Of a stretch of DNA of 45,081 nucleotides, positions 1-10,243 are shown one piece after another. The notes beneath the pieces were generated by a model. The model was given only the letters and a program-made list of their open reading frames with translations, was not told the origin of the DNA and did no database searches. This DNA is from Desulfovibrionaceae bacterium (GTDB lineage Bacteria; Desulfobacterota; Desulfovibrionia; Desulfovibrionales; Desulfovibrionaceae), in contig JAUMVQ010000001.1 in NCBI GenBank assembly GCA_030530085.1, positions 1 through 45,081 on the forward strand, written 5' to 3'. Made by a program: the position numbers and the translations under genes. Position 1 is the stretch's first letter, and each line of letters begins with the position of its first letter.

Positions 1-131
1 ACCCTGGCTCCGGGACGGTTGCTGAAGATAAGCCGTATGTCCACATCAAGCACGCCGGCCTTCATCAAGTCTATCATGGCCTGGGCATTGGTACCGTTTC
101 CTGATGCCACAATGGCAATGGGCAAAGTCAT
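1..131 (-). CDS. purN: Phosphoribosylglycinamide formyltransferase, N-terminal part (runs off window start)
   Basis: Hand translation from ATG at 131 gives MTLPIAIVASGNGTNAQAMIDLMKAGVLDVDIRLIFSNRPGAR, matching the PurN SGxGTN...SN motifs. AAGGAG SD upstream. Confidence 0.9.
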   Translation of the reverse strand, partial: MTLPIAIVASGNGTNAQAMIDLMKAGVLDVDIRLIFSNRPGAR

Positions 132-148
132 TCCACTCTCCTTACGGA

Positions 149-1663
149 TCAGGCTCCGAAGTGTCTGACCAGTTCCTCCACCAGTGCGGGTATAGTATAC
201 TCCTCAGGCTGTATGCCTGCCTTTAAGCCGTGTTTTTCCAGTGTCCTGGCCGTAACCGGGCCTATGGCTGCCAGGCTGACCTCCGGATGCTCCTTCAAAA
301 CATCAGCAGGAACAAGGGACAGGAAATTCTCCACCGTTGAGGAAGACCCAAAGGTTACGCAGTCAACCTTCCCCTGCTTAATGCGCTCAAGGATCTCAGC
401 GCAGGGAGCCTCTTCAGGCACTGTCCTGTAGCAGGCAATGACATCTACGACTGCACCGGCCTCGCGCAGGGCATCGGGAAGCACTTCCCTGGCCTTTTCA
501 GCCCTGGGAAGCAGGAAGCGTGCCCCCTTGAGGGAACCACACTTTTGCAGGGCAGCAATAACGCCTTCTGCGACATACTTTTCGGGAACTATATCGGCAT
601 AGAGGCCGTGCGCCTCAAGTTCGGCTGCTGTTGCGGGTCCTATGGCCACCAGCTTGCAGGAACTGAGTGCCCTGGCATCAAGTCCCTGTTCCCTCAGGCT
701 CTGCCACAGCCTGCGCACGCCGTTGACAGAAGTACAGATCACATAATTGTACTCCTGAAGCCTGCGTACAGCCTGGGCCATTGCCTCTCCGGGCAGGTCC
801 TCAATACGGATGGTGGGGAACTGCACAACTTCTGCGCCAAGTTCCTGCAGGTCACGGGCCAGGCCGCTTGCCTGGGCACGGGCCCTGGTCACGACCACGC
901 TGCGCCCGAACAGGGGACGCTGCTCAAACCAGTTAAGCTCATCGTGCAGGGTGCAGACAGCACCCACAATAATCACGGAAGGATTGGTAAATTTCTGCCT
1001 GACTGCTTCCTCAGGAAGCTCTGCCAGGGTACTGACAAGGGAGCGCTGGCAGGGCGTTGTGCCGCGGTACACCAGCGCCGCAGGCGTTGCCGGATCCATG
1101 CCGGCGTCAAGAAGGTTGCGGACGATGTTGGGCAGGTTCTTCATGCCCATGACAAAGACCAGGGTAGAGGCGCTTCTTGCCAGGGCCGGCCAGTCAAGGG
1201 CGCTCTTTTCCTTCTCCGGATTCTCATGCCCGGTAACGATGGTGACAGAGGAGGCAAAGTCCCTGTGCGTCAGCGGGATGCCGGCATAGGCAGGGGCTGC
1301 GATAGTGGAGCTTATGCCAGGCACTTCCACAAAGCGTATGCCTGCCTGCAGAAGCTCCTGGGCCTCTTCGCCGCCGCGGCCGAAGATATAGGGATCTCCG
1401 CCCTTGAGGCGCGCCACGTTCTTGCCTTCCTTTGCCTTTTCTATGAGCAGGGCGTTGATTTTGTATTGCGGCAGGGCGTGCTGGTCGGCAATCTTGCCCA
1501 CATAGATTTTTTCCGCATCGGAACGGGCAAAATCAAGGAAGCCGGCATTGGCCAGGGCATCGTAGACTATGCAGTCGGCAGAGCTCAGGATATCGCGGGC
1601 TTTCAGCGTCAGCAGGCCGGGATCCCCGGGGCCTGCGCCAATGAGATAGACTGTTCCGTTCAT
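149..1663 (-). CDS. cobA: Uroporphyrinogen-III C-methyltransferase / uroporphyrinogen-III synthase fusion (CobA-HemD)
   Basis: GAGPGDPGLLT and RLKGGDPYIFGRGGEE methyltransferase motifs, then a HemD domain (VVVTRARAQA, FGSSSTV, AIGPVTA). Start ATG 1663 overlaps the pepA stop (TGATG). Confidence 0.95.
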   Translation of the reverse strand: MNGTVYLIGAGPGDPGLLTLKARDILSSADCIVYDALANAGFLDFARSDAEKIYVGKIADQHALPQYKINALLIEKAKEGKNVARLKGGDPYIFGRGGEEAQELLQAGIRFVEVPGISSTIAAPAYAGIPLTHRDFASSVTIVTGHENPEKEKSALDWPALARSASTLVFVMGMKNLPNIVRNLLDAGMDPATPAALVYRGTTPCQRSLVSTLAELPEEAVRQKFTNPSVIIVGAVCTLHDELNWFEQRPLFGRSVVVTRARAQASGLARDLQELGAEVVQFPTIRIEDLPGEAMAQAVRRLQEYNYVICTSVNGVRRLWQSLREQGLDARALSSCKLVAIGPATAAELEAHGLYADIVPEKYVAEGVIAALQKCGSLKGARFLLPRAEKAREVLPDALREAGAVVDVIACYRTVPEEAPCAEILERIKQGKVDCVTFGSSSTVENFLSLVPADVLKEHPEVSLAAIGPVTARTLEKHGLKAGIQPEEYTIPALVEELVRHFGA

Positions 1664-3177
1664 CAAAAATCCCCACGTCCCAGTTCAAGAAGGGTACGGG
1701 CGGCAAAGCCGCTGCATCCTTCGCTGCACAGGGCAGTTTCCTTTTCACACCAGTCAACACCGGCAATATCCAGATGAGCCCAGGGTGTATTGTCTTTGAT
1801 AAAATGCTTGAGAAAGAGGGCTGCTGTGATGGCTGCGCCCTGGCGCTTAAAGCCGGTGTGGCAGATGTCTGCAACTGGGCTTTTCAGCTTGGTCTTGTAG
1901 CCTTCCCACAAGGGCAGGCGCCAGCTGTACTCGCCGGCTTTCTCGCCTGCGGCAGCAACCTGTTCAGCCAGGCTGTCGTCATTGCTGAACAGTCCTGCCA
2001 CCTCATCGCCCAGGGCCGTGGCGCAGGCACCTGTCAGGGTGGCCACGTCGATAATGGCCCTGGCATCCCAGGTCTGCTGCACATAGGCCAGGGCATCGCA
2101 CAGCACAAGGCGTCCTTCGGCGTCTGTATTGACGATCTCTATAGTGTCGCCTGAAAGGCCTTCCACCACATCGCCAGGACGCATGGCATTGCCATCGGGC
2201 ATGTTTTCAGCCAGTGCCATGACGCCTATGACGCGGTTAGGCACTTCTTCCTCTGCCAGGGTGAGTATGCTTGACAGCGTGGCCGCAGCCCCTGTCATGT
2301 CGCTCTTCATCATGTGCATCCCGGCAACGGGCTTTAGGCAGAGGCCGCCGGAATCAAAGGTAATGCCCTTGCCCACAAACACTATGGGCTTGTCGTTTTC
2401 ATGCCCCTTGGGCGCATATTCCAGCACAACCAGCCTTGGCGGATGCTGACCTCCGCTGCCCACGGCCAGATGGGCCCCAAAGCCCTTCATCTCAAGCTCA
2501 TGCTCGTCCATGATGGTAACAGTCAGCCTGCTGTCCTGGGCCAGGATGACAGCTTTTTCAGCAAAGGTCTCAGGATACAGGACATTGCTCGGTGCCATGG
2601 CCAGCTTGCGGGCCAGAATGACACACTCAGCAGCCCTTTCGCCCTTCCTGGCAGCCTTGCGGGCCTCGTCAGGAACAAACTCTTCCCTGAAGCCTATGCC
2701 AAGCCACTGCAGTTCTGGCAGCATTTTGTCCTTTGTCGTCTTCTTGAAGCGGCTGTTGGAGTAGTTGGCAAGATTTGCCGCATAGACAGCTTCTTCTAAG
2801 GCAACCAGCTCATCGCCCAGGCGCTTCAGGCTGAAAAAGGGAATGTGCGCTGACTCAAGGTGCAGGGCACGGGCCTTGGCAACGCCTTTGGCAAAGGCCG
2901 TGCGTATGGCTTCAAGGACTGACCTCTGCTCTGTGCACTTCTCGCCCATGCCTATAAACATGACCCTGGAATACGGCAAATCCTTGTGCCCGTAGACAAC
3001 AGAGATTTCGCCTTTTCTGCCGCTGACATCGCGCATGCCCGGGGCTATCTGCAAGAACGGGGCGGCCTCGGCCAGATCTGCGCAGGTTACCAGTATATTT
3101 TCATTTTCCCAGATGGGAACAAGAGCAACACCGGCAGTCCATCTGTCCTCGCCGCCGGCATGAAAAAACAATTCCAT
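1663..3177 (-). CDS. pepA: Leucyl aminopeptidase (M17)
   Basis: GKGITFDSGG, MKSDMTGAA and NTDAEGRL motifs. Start set at ATG 3177, which has an AGGAG SD 8 nt upstream. Confidence 0.93.
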   Translation of the reverse strand: MELFFHAGGEDRWTAGVALVPIWENENILVTCADLAEAAPFLQIAPGMRDVSGRKGEISVVYGHKDLPYSRVMFIGMGEKCTEQRSVLEAIRTAFAKGVAKARALHLESAHIPFFSLKRLGDELVALEEAVYAANLANYSNSRFKKTTKDKMLPELQWLGIGFREEFVPDEARKAARKGERAAECVILARKLAMAPSNVLYPETFAEKAVILAQDSRLTVTIMDEHELEMKGFGAHLAVGSGGQHPPRLVVLEYAPKGHENDKPIVFVGKGITFDSGGLCLKPVAGMHMMKSDMTGAAATLSSILTLAEEEVPNRVIGVMALAENMPDGNAMRPGDVVEGLSGDTIEIVNTDAEGRLVLCDALAYVQQTWDARAIIDVATLTGACATALGDEVAGLFSNDDSLAEQVAAAGEKAGEYSWRLPLWEGYKTKLKSPVADICHTGFKRQGAAITAALFLKHFIKDNTPWAHLDIAGVDWCEKETALCSEGCSGFAARTLLELGRGDF

Positions 3178-3267
3178 AAGAGGCACTCCTGTCAGCACTT
3201 AAAAAGCACTTGTTAAGCAATCATATCAGAAAACAAAAGTTCAGATATCTAAAGGTGACAGTATACC

Positions 3268-3295
3268 TTGACAAGGGAGGACTCACAAGTATTTA
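3268..3295 (+). promoter_or_regulatory. Putative sigma70 promoter upstream of hemW
   Basis: Perfect TTGACA (3268-3273), 16-nt spacer, then an imperfect -10 TATTTA. Confidence 0.4.
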
Positions 3296-3455
3296 GAAAG
3301 ACGCCGCATGGGTACAGAAAGGCTGGCCAAAAGAGCCAGCTTCGTCCCATCCGATGAAGGCATATGCAAATCATGCACACTGTCTGGCGGCCTCTTTGTT
3401 TCGCCTCTTCCCTGGCTGCCTCACCCATTCTTCATAACCTGACCCAAAGACTGCC

Positions 3456-4661
3456 ATGCTCTTCTATGTCCACATCCCCTTCTGCCGCAGGCGCTGCCTC
3501 TATTGCGCCTTTCATTCCGTGGCTCTTGGCTCCAAAGCCGTGCCCGATGGCTTTATTGAGACTCTGGTCCGGGAAATTGCCTTCTGGGGAGAGCACAAGG
3601 ATCTTTTTGCAGGCCAGGTCAGCACAGCAGCCAGTGATGTAGCAGGCGATATAGCCAACGATACAGTCAGCAGCATTTTTTTTGGCGGCGGAACCCCGAG
3701 CCTGCTTGCTCCCTCAGACATTGATCTCATTCTGAAAACCATAGCAAGGTATTTCAAGGTCGCAAAAGATGCCGAAATCAGCATGGAGGCAAATCCTGAC
3801 TCCCTTTCTTCCAGGGACATGGTGCGGGATCTTGCCCTTTGCGGCATAAACCGCATCTCCCTTGGCGTGCAGAGCATGGATGACACTGAGCTTGCCATGC
3901 TGGGACGCCTGCACAACGCAGCCCAGGTCTATGCTGCCTGCGAGGCCGTGTATGCAGCAGGCATCCCGTCCCTAAACCTTGACCTTATGTGGGGCCTGCC
4001 GGGCCAGACAGTGCAAGGGTGGCGCAGCACGCTGCAAAAAGCCTTAAGCCTTGAGCCTGACCATCTCTCAGCCTACAGCCTCACCCTGGAAGAAGGCACA
4101 CCCATATCCAACATGGTGGCACAGAATGAGCTTGTGATGCCCGATGAGGACACGCAGGAAAATATCTATCTTGAGGGCGCAAGCCTTTTGGAGCAGGCAG
4201 GCCTTATGCACTATGAGATTTCCAATTATGCTAGGCCCGGCCATGAATGCCGCCATAACCTTGGCTACTGGCAGCAGCAGCCCTATCTGGGTGTCGGACC
4301 TTCTGCTGTCTCAACAGCAGGGAACAGGCGCTTTACGTCCCCGCCAGACCATGATGTGTGGGAAAAGGCTGTTCTTGAGGGCAAGCTGCCGTATTACTGT
4401 GAAACACTGTCCAAAAGGGAACAGCTGCAGGAACTCATTATGTTGCGGCTGCGCACCGCAGAAGGACTGCCCTTTTCTGCCTATGCAAAAGCCTGCGACA
4501 GATCGTTTGGCGATGACTTTGGCTCCCTCTTACACGCTCTTGAGGATGCCGGCTATACAAAGTCAGACGCAGAGCACGTTGCCCTCACCGGCAGTGGCAT
4601 GCTCGTCTCAAACGACATCATGGCCAGGTTTTTTGCCATCCTGGACGAGCTTAGCTTGTAA
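3456..4661 (+). CDS. hemW: Radical SAM heme chaperone HemW (HemN-like)
   Basis: YVHIPFCxxxCxYCAF, FFGGGTPS, MEANP, YEISNYA and HNLGYW motifs. Confidence 0.9.
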   Translation: MLFYVHIPFCRRRCLYCAFHSVALGSKAVPDGFIETLVREIAFWGEHKDLFAGQVSTAASDVAGDIANDTVSSIFFGGGTPSLLAPSDIDLILKTIARYFKVAKDAEISMEANPDSLSSRDMVRDLALCGINRISLGVQSMDDTELAMLGRLHNAAQVYAACEAVYAAGIPSLNLDLMWGLPGQTVQGWRSTLQKALSLEPDHLSAYSLTLEEGTPISNMVAQNELVMPDEDTQENIYLEGASLLEQAGLMHYEISNYARPGHECRHNLGYWQQQPYLGVGPSAVSTAGNRRFTSPPDHDVWEKAVLEGKLPYYCETLSKREQLQELIMLRLRTAEGLPFSAYAKACDRSFGDDFGSLLHALEDAGYTKSDAEHVALTGSGMLVSNDIMARFFAILDELSL

Positions 4662-4688
4662 GCTATATAGTTGTATGTTCTATATAGC
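4662..4688. terminator. Inverted repeat between convergent hemW and aldolase genes
   Basis: GCTATATAG-N9-CTATATAGC, a perfect but AT-rich 9-bp stem. Confidence 0.4.
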
Positions 4689-4743
4689 ACTACTTATTTA
4701 TCATACTGTAAACACAGCAAAAACAGCCTGAAAAAATGGTTTA

Positions 4744-5415
4744 TTAGCCGGGCAGGCTCATGAGCTGCATTTTTCCCATATGCTCAAGTTCCTCGCAGAC
4801 TGACAGGGACTCATACGGGGTTTTTCCGATGGCGCACAGTCCGTGTCCTTCCATAAAAACAGCACGTACCTCGGGTTTGGCAAAGCCATTGGCAACGGCC
4901 ATGGCCAGTTTCTGCGAACCGTTGGGAAAGAAGGGAGCAAAGGCAAGTGCTTTCAGCCAGATCTCAGATTCTAAGACAGGCATGCTCAAGAATTCTTCCC
5001 TCTGCCCCTTAAGGCGCATGGACAAGGCCAAAAGGGCTGCCGGATGAACGTGCAGCACTGCTTTTGCATCAGGACGTGCCTTATAGACGGCAACATGCAT
5101 GGGCGTCTCGCTTGAGATCTTTGCTCCCATAAGGATGTGCCCTTCCATATCGCACAGGGCAAGGCCGTCTGCACCCATATGGCCCTTGGCAACGCCTGTG
5201 CCTGTTATCAGCATGCAGCTATCTCCATTTGCGGATGCAAGCCTGATGCTCATATTGCCGTTAAAGCCGCGCATAAGGCCAAGAGTCCAGGCATCGCGGC
5301 ACACTGAGGCCATATTGCCAAAAGCCTCTTCCAGCTCTTCCTTTTTTAAGCCGTGTTCCTTAACTGCGGCGGCAGCCCAGGCTGCCTTTTCAAAAAACTG
5401 CGTGCCGAGACTCAT
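4744..5415 (-). CDS. Class II aldolase/adducin family protein
   Basis: GNMSIR, SSETPMH, HVHP and GHG metal-binding motifs. Confidence 0.85.
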   Translation of the reverse strand: MSLGTQFFEKAAWAAAAVKEHGLKKEELEEAFGNMASVCRDAWTLGLMRGFNGNMSIRLASANGDSCMLITGTGVAKGHMGADGLALCDMEGHILMGAKISSETPMHVAVYKARPDAKAVLHVHPAALLALSMRLKGQREEFLSMPVLESEIWLKALAFAPFFPNGSQKLAMAVANGFAKPEVRAVFMEGHGLCAIGKTPYESLSVCEELEHMGKMQLMSLPG

Positions 5416-5454
5416 GCGCTTCCCCCTTTCAAAAACTGTTTTTGCGCCGCTTGA

Positions 5455-6513
5455 TCAGGCGCTGAAATGATCAAAGCCATGAAGATCGTCGATGCACTCA
5501 TTGTTGCACATAATATGGCCTGAATCAGTGACCACGCCCAGCTCCCATAACTCGGGTATGGCTGCATGCAATGACTGCAGCATGTCAGGGGCGCAGCTGC
5601 CAAGCAGGCAGTAGTCATCACCGCCAAGCAAAGCCTCATGAACAGGATTTCTGCCATTCTGCCTGCACCATTCTACCACTTCCCTGTGCAGGGCGCCGGC
5701 AGGAAGCAGAAGCTCAGCGCCCAGCGGGTGCTTTTCGCCCTGCATGCCCAGAAGCCTGGGCAGATCCCTGGCAAGGCCGTCAGAGACATCCATCAGGGCC
5801 GGAGGCCTGGCATTCTGCCCGGCCCTTGCCAGTATGAGCCCGGCATCGACCTTGGGCTCAGGAGACAGCAGGGCCTTGCAGGCATGGGGCCAGGAAGATG
5901 CGGCCTGCCTGCCGTCTTTTTCCATGACATGGAGGCCTGTGCGCGCAAGGCCTACAGTGCCGACGACAAAAAGGACATCTCCGGGAAGAGATCCGCCCCT
6001 GGTCAGAAAGCCAGTCCTGCTGTTTTCTTCGCCAAAAACAGTGACAGAGACAAGCAGCTTGCTACTTTTAGACAAGTCACCGCCCACAAGGGCCACCGAA
6101 TACCTGGATGCCAGTGCGCCCATGCCGCTGAAAAAATCATTGAGCCAGCCTCTCTCAACAGAAGAAGGCAGTCCCAGGTTCATGGTAAAGCAGAGAGGCC
6201 TGGCCCCTGAGGCAGCCAGATCGCTGATATTGCAGGCCAGGGCCTTGTGCCCTATCTCCTCTGCCGTGGCATAGGCAGTCCTGAAGTGCACATCCTCTAT
6301 AAAAAGGTCTGAACTGACAGCCAGAGGCTTGGTGCTGGTCAGAAGGCAGCAGTCATCCCCGCGGCCCAGCGCTATGCCCTCTTTCTGGTGATTGGGAAAA
6401 TAACGGTCCAGCGATTTCAGGATGGCCTCTTCGGACACAAGCTGTCCGTACTTTTTGCCACCTGCTCCCTGGCTTGCAGCCTGATTCGTTGTCTGACTTG
6501 TCGCCTCACTCAT
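5455..6513 (-). CDS. thiL: Thiamine-monophosphate kinase
   Basis: GDDC, NISDLAASGARP, LVGGD, MDVSDGL and GGDDY motifs, with C-terminal GFDHF. Confidence 0.93.
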   Translation of the reverse strand: MSEATSQTTNQAASQGAGGKKYGQLVSEEAILKSLDRYFPNHQKEGIALGRGDDCCLLTSTKPLAVSSDLFIEDVHFRTAYATAEEIGHKALACNISDLAASGARPLCFTMNLGLPSSVERGWLNDFFSGMGALASRYSVALVGGDLSKSSKLLVSVTVFGEENSRTGFLTRGGSLPGDVLFVVGTVGLARTGLHVMEKDGRQAASSWPHACKALLSPEPKVDAGLILARAGQNARPPALMDVSDGLARDLPRLLGMQGEKHPLGAELLLPAGALHREVVEWCRQNGRNPVHEALLGGDDYCLLGSCAPDMLQSLHAAIPELWELGVVTDSGHIMCNNECIDDLHGFDHFSA

Positions 6514-6525
6514 AGCCTTTCCCTC

Positions 6526-8757
6526 CTATGACCGCCCTGCCTTGTTCTGGACAAAGACATAGGAGGCCGCAATGAGCTTTTCGCCAAGAGCCGGGAAAAG
6601 CACAGCAACTTTGTCGGGCGCTGTAAAGCCTTTTATCTCTCCCTCGCCAAAAATCCGGTGCCGGCATTTTTTTATGCGGCCCTGGCGGATGAGATCCATA
6701 CAGGTGCTTGCAGGCACAAAGGGCTCGTCTGTGCCGCTGCCGCCTGCTGCAGGCGCCTGCTTTGCCTGGCGGGAAGCATTTTGGTCAGCAGCCTCTGCCG
6801 TGCCTGCATTGTTCTGCCTCACACTTGCTCCCTTGCCGGAGCAGAAGAGACGCCCGGTACTGTCGCCGACACAGCGGATTACTGCGGAAATATCAAATAT
6901 CTCGTCGAGGAAATCGCTGGGATCGCAGTACTCAAGTCCCTGCCCGTACTGGGAACAGGCCTTGTAGTAGCAGAGGTAGAGGTTGTTCATGGCCCTTGTG
7001 CAGGCCACGTACATCAGCCTGCGCTCCTCTTCCATGACTTCCTTGCGGAAAGAGGCAAAGCGGGACGGGAAGCGCCCGGTCACAAGGTCGAGCACTATGA
7101 CTGTATCCCATTCTAGGCCCTTGGCAGAATGAATGGTCGAGAGGGTCACGACCTCTGTGTCCTCTTCTTTCTTGTCCACGCTGTCCAGCTGCATTTCAGC
7201 CAGGAAAAGGTCCAGGATTTGCATGTCCTGGGCCATCATGCGCAGTTCGTCAAGGCCGTGCCTTCTGTGCGGATAGTCTTCAGGATAGAGCTCTTCAAAG
7301 TGCGGCTCATAGATGTCCATGACCTGCGACATAATGTCCTGCACGCTTAAAGCATCCTGCTTTTCCCTGAGCGCGTCCAGCCTGCCTATCTCCTCAAAGA
7401 AGCCCGGATACTTTGCTTCCATTTTGCTGCGCCTGGCAGCATCGTTCAGGCTGTCGAACATTTTCTTTGCCGTCTTGACGCCGACCTTGTCGAACATCAG
7501 GGCCAGGCGGGTAAAGGCCAGCTCGTTGCCGGGATTTACGATTAGGTTGAGATAGGCCAGGAAATCCTTGATGTGTGCTGCTTCCTGGTAGCGCAGGCCG
7601 CCATACTTGCGGTAGGGGATGCCAAGCGCAGTCAGCTCGGCTTCTGCCTGGTAGGACTGGTGCCCGTTCCTGAACAGGACGGCAAACTCCGAGGGCTTTC
7701 TCCCCTTGTCCCTGATCTCCGAGGCGATAAAGCGGGCCACAAACTTGCCCTGCTCATAGTCTGTGCCGCACTTCACGGTATGGACGGCAAGATCTTCTTC
7801 CCTCACTGCTTCCAGCGTCTTGGCATAGGACTCGTCAGACCGGCTCATAATGGTATTGGCCACATCGAGCACGGACTGCACCGAGCGGTAATTTTTTTCC
7901 AGGGCAATGACCCTGGCTCCGGGGAAAAGCTCTGAAAAATCCAGGATATTGCGTACCGTGGCTCCCCTGAAGCTGTAGATGGACTGGGCTTCATCGCCTA
8001 CTGCCATCACGGAGCGATCGCCCTGCAGGTTTCCGGCCAGCAGGCTTATCAGGCGGGCCTGCACGCGGTTGGTGTCCTGATACTCGTCCACCAGTATGTG
8101 CTGGTACTGCTCCTGCATTGCGCTGCGCACCTCGGCATTGTTCCTGAGCAGGTCCTCAAGCTCAAAAAGCAGGTCATCATAGTCAAGCACAAAGGCCTCG
8201 CGCTTGGCCTCTGCATAGGCCCTCTGCATTTCCTCAAGCTCGCCGGTAAAGCCTGCCAGATGCTGGGCCTCCTTCCTGATTATCTCGTCAAGCCCTGTTT
8301 CCTTGTTTCTGGCCTTGCTTATAAAGCCCGTTATGGCCTGTATCTTGGGAAAGCCCTTGACGCCCTTGGCAATATTTTTCTCGTCCTTGATGCGTTTGAG
8401 CATATCGTTCTGATCTGTAGCATCCATGACGGTAAAGGGATGGCCTTCAAGCCAGTCAGGCTTGTACTGGCGCAGCAGGCGGTAGGCAAAGGCATGGAAG
8501 GTGCCTCCGGTGAGGCCGTGCAGATCGCCATTGAGCAGCACCTGCGCCCTGTCCAGCATTTCCTTGGCAGCCTTGCGGGTAAATGTCAGCAAGAGGATGT
8601 TCCAGGGGGCTGCGCCATGCTCTATGAGCCATGCCAGCCTGTAGACTATGGTCCTGGTCTTGCCGGTTCCGGCACCGGCTATCACCAGCATGGGGCCGGC
8701 TTCTGCAGAAACGACCTTGTACTGGGATGCGTTGAGAAGGTCCTGATAGGGCAGCAT
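6526..8757 (-). CDS. UvrD/PcrA/Rep family ATP-dependent DNA helicase
   Basis: AGAGTGKT, LTFTRKAA, VDEYQD, VGDEAQSIYSFRGA, TIHSAKGLEW and EERRLMYVACTRA motifs, plus a C-terminal Tudor-like tail. Confidence 0.93.
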   Translation of the reverse strand: MLPYQDLLNASQYKVVSAEAGPMLVIAGAGTGKTRTIVYRLAWLIEHGAAPWNILLLTFTRKAAKEMLDRAQVLLNGDLHGLTGGTFHAFAYRLLRQYKPDWLEGHPFTVMDATDQNDMLKRIKDEKNIAKGVKGFPKIQAITGFISKARNKETGLDEIIRKEAQHLAGFTGELEEMQRAYAEAKREAFVLDYDDLLFELEDLLRNNAEVRSAMQEQYQHILVDEYQDTNRVQARLISLLAGNLQGDRSVMAVGDEAQSIYSFRGATVRNILDFSELFPGARVIALEKNYRSVQSVLDVANTIMSRSDESYAKTLEAVREEDLAVHTVKCGTDYEQGKFVARFIASEIRDKGRKPSEFAVLFRNGHQSYQAEAELTALGIPYRKYGGLRYQEAAHIKDFLAYLNLIVNPGNELAFTRLALMFDKVGVKTAKKMFDSLNDAARRSKMEAKYPGFFEEIGRLDALREKQDALSVQDIMSQVMDIYEPHFEELYPEDYPHRRHGLDELRMMAQDMQILDLFLAEMQLDSVDKKEEDTEVVTLSTIHSAKGLEWDTVIVLDLVTGRFPSRFASFRKEVMEEERRLMYVACTRAMNNLYLCYYKACSQYGQGLEYCDPSDFLDEIFDISAVIRCVGDSTGRLFCSGKGASVRQNNAGTAEAADQNASRQAKQAPAAGGSGTDEPFVPASTCMDLIRQGRIKKCRHRIFGEGEIKGFTAPDKVAVLFPALGEKLIAASYVFVQNKAGRS

Positions 8758-8813
8758 GGCAAATCCTCTTTTTTAAACAGCGTACAAGTGTACCGTACCA
8801 GTCTTTTTTGCTG

Positions 8814-10163
8814 CTACAGGTCCCCTGCCTTGTTTTCTTCTTCTGTTCCCCGGACAATGGCTCCTATGCTTACGCCAAGGCTGAGCATGGCATGGCCGAA
8901 CCACCACATGCGCAAAAGCTCATGCCCGAAGACCGCATCTGCAAGCCAGGTAACCCACGCCAGGGCAAAAAGCCCGGCCAGCTGCCAGTACAGTCTGCTC
9001 TGTCCCGGCCTGTCGTTCTCTCCTTCAAGAGGAGGCTGCCACGTCCCGCCAATATGGGGCACTATGTGCCAGGCCTGCCACAAAAGCATGCCGAAGAGGA
9101 AGGTTGCTCCGAACAGTGCTCCCACCACACCCGTTGAATAGAGGATGTCCAGATACATGTTGTGCGGGTGGGAGATGGTTATGACATCGTATTCAGGTAT
9201 CAGGCCAAGCGCCCTGAAAGCCGTATTGTACATGTCAATGCCGGCACCGAAGACGGGGTTTTCCCAAAATACGGACCAGGCCAGCTTCCAGAGGCTCCAG
9301 CGGCCGTCCTTGGCCACATCGCCGTAATTGAACCTGCTGACATCCTGGTGCTGCATAACCAGTACGGCAATGCCGACAGCAAGGATGATTGCCACGACAA
9401 GGATCAGGCTTTTTCTGGAACGATGGCACAAGACCCAGGCAATGGCAGAAACAGTCAGGGCCAGCATGGCCGATCTGACAGCCGATCCGGCCAGCGTATA
9501 AAAGCCAGGCCCGAAGACAAGCAAAAGGATGACAAAAGAGACGGCAGGGGAAAACTTTTCCCTTGCTATATACCAGAGCCCGAAGGCAGGCACAAAGACC
9601 AAAGACAAATAGTTGCCTATCTCATAGTCGTCCATGACGGCAGTCAGCCTGCCGCAGTGGGCGGCATAGCCCATCACAAAGTCTATGCCGTAGACAGACT
9701 GGTAGATGCCGTCCAGGCCGACCCAGAAGACGGCAAGGCAGGCTGCAAGCGTCAGCCTTTTCAGGTCTTTGAGGCTGCGCACGCACTCCATGCCCAAAAA
9801 GGGCAACAGCAGGCCCTTGTTGAGCGCTGTCCCTACCTCAAGGAAGGAGGCCCAGGGGTTCATGGAAAAGACAATGCCTATAAGCAGCATGACATACAGG
9901 CAGATAAAGAGCGGCCACACAGGCAGGCGGCTTAAGACTGTCTTTTTCCAGGCCGAGCGGTAATAGAGGGCAAGGAAGATGGCGCAAATCAGGGGCATAA
10001 CTTCCCTGAAGCCATACCCTATGATGTAGAAGGCCAGATGGAACCAGAAAGTCCAGAAAAGACAGGAATGCCAGAATTCTCCCGGATCCCTGTCCTTCAG
10101 CTCACGCATTTTCTGTACAAATGAGGCCTTGCGCCCCTGCCCTTCAGCCTTCACTTCTTCCAT
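8814..10163 (-). CDS. O-antigen ligase (WaaL/Wzy_C) family membrane protein
   Basis: Many TM helices and the RWSLW...PVFGAG...HPHNMYL signature. Start codon uncertain (10163 or 10181). Confidence 0.85.
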   Translation of the reverse strand: MEEVKAEGQGRKASFVQKMRELKDRDPGEFWHSCLFWTFWFHLAFYIIGYGFREVMPLICAIFLALYYRSAWKKTVLSRLPVWPLFICLYVMLLIGIVFSMNPWASFLEVGTALNKGLLLPFLGMECVRSLKDLKRLTLAACLAVFWVGLDGIYQSVYGIDFVMGYAAHCGRLTAVMDDYEIGNYLSLVFVPAFGLWYIAREKFSPAVSFVILLLVFGPGFYTLAGSAVRSAMLALTVSAIAWVLCHRSRKSLILVVAIILAVGIAVLVMQHQDVSRFNYGDVAKDGRWSLWKLAWSVFWENPVFGAGIDMYNTAFRALGLIPEYDVITISHPHNMYLDILYSTGVVGALFGATFLFGMLLWQAWHIVPHIGGTWQPPLEGENDRPGQSRLYWQLAGLFALAWVTWLADAVFGHELLRMWWFGHAMLSLGVSIGAIVRGTEEENKAGDL

Positions 10164-10243
10164 TCTTTTCTGTCTCTCCAACCTGCGTTCTGCCGTCTGT
10201 CCTGCATCGTGGCCTGCATATTCTAACAGGGCCTGACAGGGGC

